Of a stretch of 41,341 nucleotides of DNA, positions 18,384 through 28,291 are shown piece after piece. The notes beneath the pieces were generated by a model. That model did no database searches and was not told where the DNA came from. It was given only the letters and a program-made list of their open reading frames with translations. The DNA is from a virus (lineage: Duplodnaviria > Caudoviricetes): positions 1-41,341 of IMG/VR virus record IMGVR_UViG_3300032270_000871; one strand, 5' to 3'. The translations under genes were made by a program, and so were the position numbers. How positions within the stretch are numbered: position 1 is the first letter of the stretch; the number at the start of each line of letters is the position of its first letter.

Positions 18384-19741
18384 TTTGTATTATTTGTTCC
18401 GTATTGACCGAATGTATCTCGTACCAATTTCATTGAAGTATATGACCCACCAGTATCAAAATGATGACACAGTTCTTTAATCATATATAGACCACTTTGC
18501 TCCTTATCAAATTCTTCTTTGTTTGATCTTGAAATAGTCGGAAACTTACAAGAAATAATATCACCAGCTCTCAGATTGGTATTGGAAGGAACAACCATAC
18601 TCAATGTCTGAGTGAATAGAATATTATATCTCATAATTGACTGAGATTGATACTTTAATGGATCCGAATTTACATCGGTTGAAACATCCTTCTCCATCGT
18701 CCCAACATCTAAACATTGGGTAAAAAATCTCGTAGGAATATCTCCAAGATCCACATTAGATGAATTGGAAATCTTAGGAAGTTTAAGTTGTTGCCCAAGA
18801 TTAGTCACTCCACCAACATAATCTCCCAACTTAAATACACCTTTTGCAGGATCTGTAAATGTAAAATCTAATGGGTTGTAGAAAATACGATAACTGGAAT
18901 AGGTTCCCATTCTCAGTTTCTCAAGTAAATTTTGATTTTTGGATGTACTGTAATTTAAAATCTTAAAGTCATTACTTTGAAGTTCTGGTTTTCCTTCGTA
19001 TTCAAATTCAGATTGATTGACCTGAGTATAAACATATTCTGCCTTCGGATCTTGTTTGATAAGTCCGTCAATAGATCTAAATTGAAACCCATCCTTTGTC
19101 TGGAAAAATACAAATCCAGCGGTTGCATCACCAGATTTATCAGGAACTGCCTTTGATGCCAACCAGACAAGAACAGTGAATGGTTTTCTCAAATTCCCAA
19201 TAAATCCATATTTGTTTGAGGTCTTATCAATTACTCCAACTTTTTCAGTTTTTAAATAATCTTTTAAAATACCCTCAACAGAAGTATTAATTGTTGATGT
19301 TGTTGGATATTTTTTACCTACTCGTGAAGTCTCGTTCGTAATTGCCTCTCTTGAGACGAGATTTAAAGTAAATGTTTCTCTCTGACTTTCTGACAGTACA
19401 TTTGTAATGGCAGAAACATAAAAATAATTATCTTCTTTTGAGGAAAAGTCTAGTCCGGGATTTGTCTTGGAATTACCAGCAATCTTAAGAGATATTCTTT
19501 CCCCACCCCTTAAAGGAAGACCATTATAGATTGATTGTGCTGGACCATCGGGATTTCCTTCACTATCTGGTGCAGAAATACTATCACCACCATTCACTAT
19601 TTGAAGAGTTGCCGTAATGGTTGGTGAAAATATATCCTCATAATAATCAATTGAGATGGTTCCCTGCTTCAAATCAATCGTCCTTTTCTGATCGTTTGAC
19701 TCTATTGTCAGTTCTTCGTAAATAGATCTTTTTGTTGACAT
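18380..19741 (-). CDS. baseplate hub protein (gp27-like)
   Basis: YEDIFSPTITA, FFQTKDGFQFRSID, LRAGDII, SGLYMIKELCH motifs; positioned before gp5. Confidence 0.7.
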   Translation of the reverse strand: MSTKRSIYEELTIESNDQKRTIDLKQGTISIDYYEDIFSPTITATLQIVNGGDSISAPDSEGNPDGPAQSIYNGLPLRGGERISLKIAGNSKTNPGLDFSSKEDNYFYVSAITNVLSESQRETFTLNLVSREAITNETSRVGKKYPTTSTINTSVEGILKDYLKTEKVGVIDKTSNKYGFIGNLRKPFTVLVWLASKAVPDKSGDATAGFVFFQTKDGFQFRSIDGLIKQDPKAEYVYTQVNQSEFEYEGKPELQSNDFKILNYSTSKNQNLLEKLRMGTYSSYRIFYNPLDFTFTDPAKGVFKLGDYVGGVTNLGQQLKLPKISNSSNVDLGDIPTRFFTQCLDVGTMEKDVSTDVNSDPLKYQSQSIMRYNILFTQTLSMVVPSNTNLRAGDIISCKFPTISRSNKEEFDKEQSGLYMIKELCHHFDTGGSYTSMKLVRDTFGQYGTNNTK

Positions 19742-21559
19742 TTAGGTATAAGCCAAGTCTAAGAGTAAATAATTTCTCATCAAGTTATTTAACACATTCT
19801 CACTATCGATCATTGGTGGAGCAGATCCACCACCAGATGCAACTTGAGGTTGTTGTGGTTGTGGTGCTGGGCGATCATCCATTACCATAACTTGTGGTGC
19901 TCTTGCTGTTGATGGGAGATTCAATTGATTTGCTGCTCTAGTAATATTATTGTTTCCTGGAGCAAGATTAAATTGACCAGGAATTCCAGTAATTGTTTTA
20001 CCAATTGATAGTAATCCAAGATAAGGTCTTGGATCTATGGAGTTTTTACCACCAGGTCTTACTTCAAAGTGAAGGTGTATTCCAGTAGATCCACCAGTAC
20101 TTCCAATTTCACCAATTGTTTGCCCATTATAAGATTGTCCACTTTTTACAAATACTTTTGCTAGATGAGCAAAACGATATATTGTATTTTCAGATTTAAT
20201 ATCAACAAAATTGCCATATCCACCAGCGTCAAAACCAATATAATCAACTGTGCCAGAAAGTTTTAATGCAACATAATAACCAGGACCTGCTGGAGCAATA
20301 TCAATTCCGTGATGCATTCTACCATTTCTCCATCCTCTTTCTGATGTAATTATTCCTGCTGCTCCACCAGGTTTACCTTTAAATTGATCTTGAACAGTAG
20401 TTGTAGATGATGGAGATGGAGATGTTTTTGCTGGAGTTGGTGCTTGTGGTGCTTGTGATTTTCCTAAAGGAGTATCTTTTGCTTTATACATTATAGATAT
20501 TTCTTCTTTAGAATATTTTGAATACTTACTCCAAGCACCTGGTCCTTGAACCTTCAATAATCCAATTCCCAATAAATCTTGATTATTTTTATCAAACATA
20601 TCACTATCTTTTAATCCAGCAGCAGATTGTGCTGTTGGAAGAGATACTGGTATAATTTGATATCGACCAGCTGCCCACAAATCCCCCCTAACATTTTGAT
20701 GTTGTTTAACTTCACCAATGGTCATATCAGTAAGATTTTTTCCAAGCCATTTTTTAGACCCACCAGGTCTATCTCCAGAATTACCATTATTCATAGCATT
20801 GTAATTACCACCACTTTCTGGTCCAGAAATAATGTCCAGTGCTTGTTTATGGATTGGTTGCAATTGACCACCAGTTCCAGATTTACCTACTTGTTCGGGG
20901 GGCATAGTATAATCAGTGCCTGCTGGTGGTACTGGGGTTTCTCCAGTCATTTGACCCAAAGGAGTTGTCAGCAGTTTAATTCCATCATCAAACTGCTTAT
21001 TCATATCACTAAAAACACTCTCAAGATCTCCTAGTGCCGTGCTTACTCTTTTTTGACTATCGAAGAAATCAAGGCTTGTAATATTTGTAACTACTGCTCC
21101 CAATACTTTTGTACTTGCCGCAAATATTCCACCAATATCCCTTACAAAATTACCAAGAATATTGGCAGTTTTTTGTATTCTTCCCATCAAATCTTGTGCC
21201 ATTGTCATAATTGTTGGGAGATTATTTACTAACCATCCAACTAATAAAGTTCCGACAAAATCCACAATTCTACCAAATATCCCTTTACCGCTATTAAGAA
21301 CAGCATTTCCTATTCTTCCAATTCCAGTACCAATTTTTGATGCTTCTACAACCGCTTCAGAATCCTTTCTTCTTTGATTCTCTATGCGTTTGGAAAATAA
21401 ATTTCTCTTTCCAGCAATTGCATCTCTTTTAACTTTTGTTCTTTTGAGTAGAATGGTTCTTATAGACCCAACAGATTTATTGGCTTTTTTAAATCCAGCA
21501 CCTATTGTGGTAAAAGAAGATTTAATATTAATAGTTGGTCTAAGAGTAGTTGCTGCCAT
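19742..21559 (-). CDS. virion-associated lysin: lysozyme-like plus M23 peptidase domains
   Basis: ESGGNYNA...AAGRYQIIP (lysozyme fold); HHGID, GYGN and HLHFEVR (M23). Confidence 0.82.
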   Translation of the reverse strand: MAATTLRPTINIKSSFTTIGAGFKKANKSVGSIRTILLKRTKVKRDAIAGKRNLFSKRIENQRRKDSEAVVEASKIGTGIGRIGNAVLNSGKGIFGRIVDFVGTLLVGWLVNNLPTIMTMAQDLMGRIQKTANILGNFVRDIGGIFAASTKVLGAVVTNITSLDFFDSQKRVSTALGDLESVFSDMNKQFDDGIKLLTTPLGQMTGETPVPPAGTDYTMPPEQVGKSGTGGQLQPIHKQALDIISGPESGGNYNAMNNGNSGDRPGGSKKWLGKNLTDMTIGEVKQHQNVRGDLWAAGRYQIIPVSLPTAQSAAGLKDSDMFDKNNQDLLGIGLLKVQGPGAWSKYSKYSKEEISIMYKAKDTPLGKSQAPQAPTPAKTSPSPSSTTTVQDQFKGKPGGAAGIITSERGWRNGRMHHGIDIAPAGPGYYVALKLSGTVDYIGFDAGGYGNFVDIKSENTIYRFAHLAKVFVKSGQSYNGQTIGEIGSTGGSTGIHLHFEVRPGGKNSIDPRPYLGLLSIGKTITGIPGQFNLAPGNNNITRAANQLNLPSTARAPQVMVMDDRPAPQPQQPQVASGGGSAPPMIDSENVLNNLMRNYLLLDLAYT

Positions 21560-21561
21560 TG

Positions 21562-23070
21562 TTACATTACCACATTATAATTAACTTGCGAATATAATGT
21601 ATAAAAATTGCTGGGATTTGATGATGTAATTGCTGGAACATCACTTGCCGCTCCTCCACTACTTGTCATTTGTGGTTGTTGAGGTTGTCCACCACCTAAG
21701 GAAGACATCATTACAACATTTGGTTGTTGTTCAGGTGCTGGTCCAAGATTAAATGTACGAGATGGCATTTTTGTAGTTTGTGCCTGTTGGGATACATCCG
21801 CTGGAATATCAACATTACCAAATTCTGGTGATTTAGAAGCATCTAATTGTTTTGATTTATCTACTTTTGCTTGCATTTTTGGTTGTTGTTTTTTATTTCC
21901 ACTTGGTTTTCCTTCTCCAGGAGAACCTAAAAGATTATAACCCAATCCTCCAGCAAGAAATGCCCATCCTATAGGTCCTGGAATTGCCGAACCAAAATCA
22001 AATGCGGCACTTATTGGTTTTCCTTGTGAAAGATCGTGTATACCAAAACCAACTCCCAAAGCAGTTTGAGCTACTGGTGCAATTCTTCCTAATAATTTTC
22101 CACCACCTTTTGCTGTTGCTTCTAGTCCAGTCTCAGCAACTCTTGTGCCTAATTTTCCACCACCTTTTGCTGTTGCTTCTAGTCCAGTCTCAGCAACTCT
22201 TGTGCCTAATTTTACTTCAGTTTCTGTTGCTGCAGCTGCTGTTTTTGCACCTCCTCCTGTTAGTGCTTTCCACCCCGCTTGTGCTCCCGAAACTATTCCA
22301 TTTCCAGCAGATTTTAATATGTTTCCAAGTGCTCCAAAAAATCTACCTACAGTGTTTGTAAGTAGCCATCCACCCATTTTAAGAGATAATCTGGTAATGG
22401 TTCCAGCAATTGCAAAAAATCCACCATTCAATAATAATAATGTTCCAGCAGCAATTCCAAGACCCTTTAGAACATTATCTCGGATTTCTTCTAATTTTTT
22501 ACCATAACCTTTGGCATTTGCCTTTAAAGTTTCAATTAATTGATTAGTTAACCATCCAAAAAGTAAAGTTGTAAAAAATGTTTTCAGTCTTTCAAGAATA
22601 GATTGAGTTCGTGCCGCAATAAATCTAACGGGTGCTAAGAGTGCCGATTGTATCTTTCTTTCCAAAAGACTTTCTTTACCTGCTCTTGCACCTTGTTCTG
22701 CAAGTGTTTTTTCTTGTTTCTGTTCCTGAAGATCTTTTTGTTGCTCTAATTTTGTATCTGTCGCAAGAAGATTATTTGTGACATTAAGTCTATTACCCAA
22801 ATCCTGAACGGTAACACGAATTGTATTCAATCCCTGTGTTAGTGTTCCTATTGCCTGCTGAAATGAGGCAATTGCATCGCTCTGCCTTTTTGCCAAAACA
22901 CCAATGTTCTTATTGATAAGAGTGATATCAGTTGTTTGTCTCTTTACAATTGATGAAGTTTCTGGATCTCCTGCTGCTCCTCCTCCACCACCAGAAATAA
23001 CCGAACGAGATACCGTTCTCGCATTAATATTAATAATAGGTCCTGCGATTGGTGATCCAATACTAGCCAT
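21562..23070 (-). CDS. tape-measure/gp29-like tail protein
   Basis: Helical A/G-rich sequence with hydrophobic segments; follows gp26-gp51. Confidence 0.6.
   Translation of the reverse strand: MASIGSPIAGPIININARTVSRSVISGGGGGAAGDPETSSIVKRQTTDITLINKNIGVLAKRQSDAIASFQQAIGTLTQGLNTIRVTVQDLGNRLNVTNNLLATDTKLEQQKDLQEQKQEKTLAEQGARAGKESLLERKIQSALLAPVRFIAARTQSILERLKTFFTTLLFGWLTNQLIETLKANAKGYGKKLEEIRDNVLKGLGIAAGTLLLLNGGFFAIAGTITRLSLKMGGWLLTNTVGRFFGALGNILKSAGNGIVSGAQAGWKALTGGGAKTAAAATETEVKLGTRVAETGLEATAKGGGKLGTRVAETGLEATAKGGGKLLGRIAPVAQTALGVGFGIHDLSQGKPISAAFDFGSAIPGPIGWAFLAGGLGYNLLGSPGEGKPSGNKKQQPKMQAKVDKSKQLDASKSPEFGNVDIPADVSQQAQTTKMPSRTFNLGPAPEQQPNVVMMSSLGGGQPQQPQMTSSGGAASDVPAITSSNPSNFYTLYSQVNYNVVM
22093..22213. 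repeat. perfect 57-bp tandem duplication (about 2.1 copies)
   Basis: Units start at 22093, 22150 and 22207; encodes KLGTRVAETGLEATAKGGG twice. Confidence 0.95.
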
Positions 23071-23239
23071 TTGCTTGTTGGTTCTTCTGGTTTTCTTCTT
23101 CTATGTACTGGCGAAGGAGTGCAATATAAACTTCACGTTCCCAAGGGATCATATTTTCAAGCTCTGTCAAGCTATATTTATGATGCTGCATCAACTGAAA
23201 ATTTGTCCTGTAGTATGACACAAGATCTTCGTGTGCCAT
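23063..23239 (-). CDS. gp51: baseplate hub assembly catalyst gp51
   Basis: Own translation MAHEDLVSYYRTNFQLMQHHKYSLTELENMIPWEREVYIALL...; not in the ORF track. Confidence 0.88.
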   Translation of the reverse strand: MAHEDLVSYYRTNFQLMQHHKYSLTELENMIPWEREVYIALLRQYIEEENQKNQQANG

Positions 23240-23241
23240 AC

Positions 23242-23958
23242 CTACCCGAAAAAAGCAGTTAATCCCTCCAGAACTACTTCACTCTTCACATTTGTATTTG
23301 GATTCTGCAATTCAATTGTATGAGAAAGTTTAGGCATTGTTTCAAAGAACCTTTCAACTTCTTTAAATTGATTTGAGGTCAATTGATCCACAAATTCTGT
23401 CAGTTCTTTCTTTGTAAAATCACCAGAGTTCCAAGACTCTTCTTCACTATAAACCTGTTCAATACAAGAACAGATAAGATCAAAAGTATCATCAACACTG
23501 ACTTCACCAGATCCAAAATTGTTTTTGATGAACTCTGTCATTGATGGATATCTCATTCTCATCGTAAGAGTATCATCAACCTTAATGTCTCTTGAATGAT
23601 TTTTATCAACCTGAACTTTAATATCATCAAGAACAATTGATACTGGAACCTGTGTCTCGCCATCATCGGGACAGGTTACAAGAACATCAACGGTTTCTCC
23701 AACAGACTTACCACGAATATTCAAAAAGAGATATTCAATATCAAATGTGGCAAGCTCTTCTACTTTAATTCCTTTTGTAAGAATACAATTTGAGATTACG
23801 GTTTTAACTGCATTCGCAATCTGTTTGTTATCCTCACTCTCCATCGCAATGATGAGGATCTTTTCTTCTTTGACTAAAAATGGACGATATTTGACTGTCT
23901 TTTTTAATGAAGGAATTTCCAACTCATATGTTGGTGTGGCAATCTTTGGTAAAGGCAT
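23242..23958 (-). CDS. gp26: baseplate hub subunit/chaperone gp26
   Basis: MPLPKIATPTYEL...YRPFLVKEEKIL...FDIEYLFLNIRGKSVGE; CTAAATA late box at 23986-23992. Confidence 0.9.
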   Translation of the reverse strand: MPLPKIATPTYELEIPSLKKTVKYRPFLVKEEKILIIAMESEDNKQIANAVKTVISNCILTKGIKVEELATFDIEYLFLNIRGKSVGETVDVLVTCPDDGETQVPVSIVLDDIKVQVDKNHSRDIKVDDTLTMRMRYPSMTEFIKNNFGSGEVSVDDTFDLICSCIEQVYSEEESWNSGDFTKKELTEFVDQLTSNQFKEVERFFETMPKLSHTIELQNPNTNVKSEVVLEGLTAFFG

Positions 23959-23988
23959 AATGACCTATAGAATTTCAGTTAAAATTAT

Positions 23989-24795
23989 TTAGCGAGTATA
24001 ACTTGAGATCACTGTACTATCTGGGCTTGGATTAAAGTTATTTGGTAATGTGCTGGTATTGGGAAGAGCACTAAATTGAGTTTGCTTTACAATATCATAG
24101 AAATTACGATATTCATCAATAGATGCTGGATTTACTGTAGGAATAGTTTTATTCATAATGGAAGGAACCAAATTATTGAAATTACCACGAAGAGAATCAA
24201 TTGTGTAAACTGGACCACTTACATATCTCTCGTAGTTAAATGTGGCACTTACAGTCATTACTTGTGAAGAATCATACGAAACTCCGACAGAACTCAAAGC
24301 CATTGGAAAAAGTCCAAAAAATCTATATTCTAATTCTACTTTATAATCTCGATTAAACTTTGTAATCTTAGTAAAGTCACACTTGTATTGATTTGGATAC
24401 TTCATTTTAAAATAGTATCCATCATTATTTGGAGCCACATTAGAAGCACTTGACATATATTCCATCCAGTGCTCCAAGAATTTCATCGTTTTATATTCCT
24501 TATCAACATAAAAAGTTAAATCAATTGGAGTAAAAATACGAGTATGGGCAAACTTCTCCATTACACCAGTATAATTCCCAGAAATATCGGCAGTTGCAAA
24601 TGAACTTCCTGGTAATGATGCAGAATTACATAGAAGACCTACGGTTTCTCCAGTAAATCTTGGATCAACTCCTCTTGCTGCAAGATAATTTTGTAACTCT
24701 AGATTAAATCCACCAAACTTTACCTCATACTGTGAAGTCTGGGCAACATTCGTAAATATTGGTTTGATGTCCGCTATTCTGCGAGGTCTTACCAC
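23989..24795 (-). CDS. tail tube initiator-like protein (gp54/gp19 fold)
   Basis: CNSASLPG, DLTFYVD, FLEHW, LFPMALSS pattern; GTG start. Confidence 0.7.
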   Translation of the reverse strand: MVRPRRIADIKPIFTNVAQTSQYEVKFGGFNLELQNYLAARGVDPRFTGETVGLLCNSASLPGSSFATADISGNYTGVMEKFAHTRIFTPIDLTFYVDKEYKTMKFLEHWMEYMSSASNVAPNNDGYYFKMKYPNQYKCDFTKITKFNRDYKVELEYRFFGLFPMALSSVGVSYDSSQVMTVSATFNYERYVSGPVYTIDSLRGNFNNLVPSIMNKTIPTVNPASIDEYRNFYDIVKQTQFSALPNTSTLPNNFNPSPDSTVISSYTR

Positions 24796-24796
24796 T

Positions 24797-24836
24797 CTAA
24801 ATACCTGTTATGGATCTTTTAATTATAAGTATTTAG
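24797..24836. promoter_or_regulatory. crossed divergent late promoters
   Basis: CTAAATA on + at 24797-24803 and on - at 24830-24836. Confidence 0.75.
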
Positions 24837-25274
24837 ATGTCATATAAGGGAAAATATAGTCCAATCAATCCCAGAAAATATAAAGGTGACCCCAATAATG
24901 TAATTTACAGGTCATTATGGGAACGCCGTTTTATGAAATATTGTGATACGAATGTAAATATATTGGAATGGGGAAGTGAAGAGATTGCTCTTGGATACAT
25001 ATCTCCTCTTGACAATCGCCCTCATAGATATTTTCCAGACTTTTATATCAAAGTCAAAGAAAGTACGGGTCAGATTAAAAAATACTTGATTGAAATTAAA
25101 CCAAAGAAACAAACGGTTGAACCAGAGAAGAAGAAGAGAGTGACAAAAGGATATCTTTATGAAGTGATGGAGTATGCTAAAAATCAGGCAAAATGGTCTG
25201 CGGCAAGAGATTTTTGTAAGGATAATGGTTGGGAATTTAAGATACTCACAGAAACAGAATTAGGTATCAAATAA
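24837..25274 (+). CDS. gp4: head completion nuclease gp4
   Basis: YRSLWE...WGSEE...YFPDF...EIKP TnsA-like motifs. Confidence 0.9.
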   Translation: MSYKGKYSPINPRKYKGDPNNVIYRSLWERRFMKYCDTNVNILEWGSEEIALGYISPLDNRPHRYFPDFYIKVKESTGQIKKYLIEIKPKKQTVEPEKKKRVTKGYLYEVMEYAKNQAKWSAARDFCKDNGWEFKILTETELGIK

Positions 25275-25675
25275 TGCCAAGAAAGACTCTTAAACAAAGA
25301 AAAAATCCATCAGAGACAAGTGATAATAGAGTTCGTGGAGTGATTGATAATTTAGTCGGTAATGAGAAACCCGATGATTTAATGATTGAAATTATTTCGG
25401 TATTAACAGAAGTTGATAAAGTTCCACAACCTGGAAAATTTTATACCTTTGTTTATACCCCAAAGACACCGAACATACAATATGATCAAAATCCATTAGT
25501 CGCAGTGACTGATAGATTTGAGTGGGGATTTAGAGGTATTAACTTTCACTGGGGATCCAACGGAACCAGACAATATACTTGGGATGAAATACCAGGAGGA
25601 ATTTATGAAGTAAGATCTGATGAGTTAGAGGATTTACGGTCTATTCCTTATGCAAATATCCGTCTAAATAGTTAG
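25274..25675 (+). CDS. DNA end protector gp2-like protein
   Basis: PGKFYTFVYTPK...YDQNPLV...GFRGINFH; adjacent to gp4. Confidence 0.65.
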   Translation: MPRKTLKQRKNPSETSDNRVRGVIDNLVGNEKPDDLMIEIISVLTEVDKVPQPGKFYTFVYTPKTPNIQYDQNPLVAVTDRFEWGFRGINFHWGSNGTRQYTWDEIPGGIYEVRSDELEDLRSIPYANIRLNS

Positions 25676-25684
25676 AAAAGATAA

Positions 25685-26653
25685 ATGGCAGTTTCTTTCC
25701 CACAAAGTTTATCATCAGCAACTCAGGCAGCTGTTACTCAAGGGTATAAGGATGCTGCTGCTCCTAAATCAATACAAACTCTGAGATATCCATATAAAAA
25801 ACTTACAGATTCTGATGATTACTTGTTGATTAAGATAATTGCATATCAACCTCCTGGCATTAGTTCTGGTACTAATAATTTTTCATTTAGAACATCAACT
25901 CAGTCTCTTCAAAATAATATTAAAACTCCAGAGGCGATTATTTTATTACCAATTCCTCAGAACGTTCAAGATCAAAACTCGGTAAATTGGGGAGATAGTA
26001 CATTAAATGCATTTGAACTTGCTGGCGCTGAAGCTGTTAGCGGTGTTATAAGATCTAAAAAATTAGAGGGCATTGGTAAAGAATTGAGTAACTTTGCAAG
26101 TAAATTTCAAGCATCAGCGGTTACTGGAAATTTGCAAGATCAAACAACCAGTCTTTTTTCTGCAGCTGCTTTACAAACCTTAAATGCCAATGTACAAACT
26201 TCCGATCTTGTGGCAAGGACAAGTGGGCAGGTTCTTAATCCAAATATGGAACTTCTTTTCAGAGGAGTAAGTCTTAGAGAGTTTGCCTTTGAATATGATT
26301 TGGCACCAAGAGATGGTAATGAGGCAAAAGAAATCAAAAAAATTATCACTACATTAAAAAGAGCGCAGGCAGCAAGAACAAGTGCCACTAATTCTCCTGG
26401 TTCTGGATTGTTCATTAGTGCTCCAAGAGTCTTTCAACTTGAATATAGAAGTGGCAATAAGAAGCATCCTTTCTTGCATTCATTCAAACCAATGGCAATG
26501 AAAGGAATGGCAGTTAATTATACTGGTTCTGGAAATTATTCTGTTTATGGGGATTCCACACCGGTTCATATGAAAATTTCTATGAACTTTCAAGAACTCA
26601 ATCCAATCTACTTTGAAGATTATTCAGATCAAGACACAGGAGTTGGTTACTAA
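25685..26653 (+). CDS. gp48: baseplate tail tube cap gp48
   Basis: NPNMELLFRGVSLREFAFEYDLAPR...FQEL; CTAAATA late box at 25664-25670. Confidence 0.88.
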   Translation: MAVSFPQSLSSATQAAVTQGYKDAAAPKSIQTLRYPYKKLTDSDDYLLIKIIAYQPPGISSGTNNFSFRTSTQSLQNNIKTPEAIILLPIPQNVQDQNSVNWGDSTLNAFELAGAEAVSGVIRSKKLEGIGKELSNFASKFQASAVTGNLQDQTTSLFSAAALQTLNANVQTSDLVARTSGQVLNPNMELLFRGVSLREFAFEYDLAPRDGNEAKEIKKIITTLKRAQAARTSATNSPGSGLFISAPRVFQLEYRSGNKKHPFLHSFKPMAMKGMAVNYTGSGNYSVYGDSTPVHMKISMNFQELNPIYFEDYSDQDTGVGY

Positions 26654-27303
26654 TGGGATACTTCAGAGAGCTACCAGACTTAAACTATCAATCACCACTT
26701 TCTCGTAGATCATCTTCTGATGAATATGTGAAAGTTAAGAATTTATTTCGCCGTATTAAACTTCGTGACGATCTTCAGAATGTTTTTACGGTATTTGATA
26801 AGTATCAGATTGCCGATGGTGCCAGACCAGATACAGTCGCAGAAGAACTTTATGGTAGAGCAGATCTCGATTGGGTTGTCATCATTTCTGCTGGTATTGT
26901 CAATATCAGAAATGACTGGCCTTTATCCGATAGAGATATTTACAGGTTTTCAGAAGAGAAATATGGAATTGAGCATCTAAGTGATATCAAATATTATGAA
27001 ACAACCGAAGTTAAGGACTCACAAGGTCGTTTGATTCTTCCAGCAGGTAAAGTTGTGGATTCAACATTTACAATACCAAATCCATCTAATGCTTTGGATA
27101 CTTTAAATCCTGTTGCTGGAATTACAAATTATGAGTATGAAGTTATGAAGAACAATGAGAAGCGTGGAATTTATGTTCTGAAGAAAGTATATCTACAGCA
27201 GTTCTTGAATGATATGAGAAAGATTATGTATTATGATAAGTCTTCTCAGTATGTTAATGAGAGACTGATTCAGACAGAGAATACAAGAAATACCATCCTA
27301 TAA
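26653..27303 (+). CDS. gp53: baseplate wedge subunit gp53
   Basis: YFRELP...GARPDTVAEELYG...DWVV...WPLS LysM-like motif. Confidence 0.9.
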   Translation: MGYFRELPDLNYQSPLSRRSSSDEYVKVKNLFRRIKLRDDLQNVFTVFDKYQIADGARPDTVAEELYGRADLDWVVIISAGIVNIRNDWPLSDRDIYRFSEEKYGIEHLSDIKYYETTEVKDSQGRLILPAGKVVDSTFTIPNPSNALDTLNPVAGITNYEYEVMKNNEKRGIYVLKKVYLQQFLNDMRKIMYYDKSSQYVNERLIQTENTRNTIL

Positions 27304-27326
27304 AAAGAGGGGAGGTTTCCCTCCCC
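27302..27326 (-). terminator. intrinsic terminator between convergent gp53 and gp32
   Basis: Stem GGGGAGG/CCTCCCC with T tract on the minus strand. Confidence 0.8.
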
Positions 27327-27333
27327 GTTCTTA

Positions 27334-28248
27334 TCACTCAGCCAACTTTGCGAAGTAGGAGAGAGTATCGTCTTCATCTTCATCGTAGGAAGAAGACTTG
27401 GAAGAACTCAGATTACTCAGTTCGGTGCGAAGATCTTCATCAAGATCACGAACTGGACCACGAGAAGTCTCTTCCTCATCGGCAACCTCAGGATCCTGAC
27501 GACGAGCAACTTTGTTACCAAGAACATAATCAAGACGCTTCTTCAGTTCATCATAAGACTTGAACTGATCGGGAGCAACAAGTTCTGCAAGAGAATACTG
27601 CTTCTTCCACACTGCTTCCATCTCTTCATCATCATCCAGAAGAGCACCTTGTGCGGCAAACTCACTGGAGTCATAGTTACGATAACCAGCAACATTCTTT
27701 GCCTTCAGTTTGAAGTTGGCACCCTGCCAGAAGTCAAACGGATCGATAGGAGTCTCATCTTCAAACTCAGGTTGCATTGCAGCAGTAATCTTATCAAAGA
27801 TTTTCTTACCGAACTTATAGAGGAAGACTTTACCTTCGTTGGAAGGATTAGCAGGATCTTTGACAACATAGATGTTGGCAACATAAGTCAGCTTACGCTT
27901 CTGCTTACGAGCAACTTCTTTGCCAGCATCAGTGCCATTGTTCCACAGTTCGGAGTTCAGTTCCGACACAGGATCTTTTTGATTCAGAGTGGTGAGAGAA
28001 TTCTCAATGTACCAACCACCAGAACCTTGGAATGCGTGGGAGTACAGTTTCACAAACGGCAGATCTTCACCGTTAGGAGCAGGGAGGAAACGAATGACGG
28101 CATAACCATTGCCGCTCTTATCGCATTCAAGTTTCCATACACGTTCATCACCAGATGACGTGTTATTATTCATTTTTTCTACTTCTTTAACCAATTTAGC
28201 AGTCAGGGAGCCCAGTTTGGACTGCTTCTTAAGATCAGAGAAAGACAT
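27334..28248 (-). CDS. gp32: single-stranded DNA-binding protein gp32
   Basis: GNGYAVIRFLP, WYIENSLTT, GANFKLK, NYDSSEF and acidic tail. Confidence 0.95.
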   Translation of the reverse strand: MSFSDLKKQSKLGSLTAKLVKEVEKMNNNTSSGDERVWKLECDKSGNGYAVIRFLPAPNGEDLPFVKLYSHAFQGSGGWYIENSLTTLNQKDPVSELNSELWNNGTDAGKEVARKQKRKLTYVANIYVVKDPANPSNEGKVFLYKFGKKIFDKITAAMQPEFEDETPIDPFDFWQGANFKLKAKNVAGYRNYDSSEFAAQGALLDDDEEMEAVWKKQYSLAELVAPDQFKSYDELKKRLDYVLGNKVARRQDPEVADEEETSRGPVRDLDEDLRTELSNLSSSKSSSYDEDEDDTLSYFAKLAE

Positions 28249-28291
28249 TGGATACCTCGGATAGTTTTGGATTTTGGGGGATTACTTGGAT

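Noticed and set aside
23071-23262. 63-aa plus-strand ORF
   Set aside because: Antisense to the recognisable gp51
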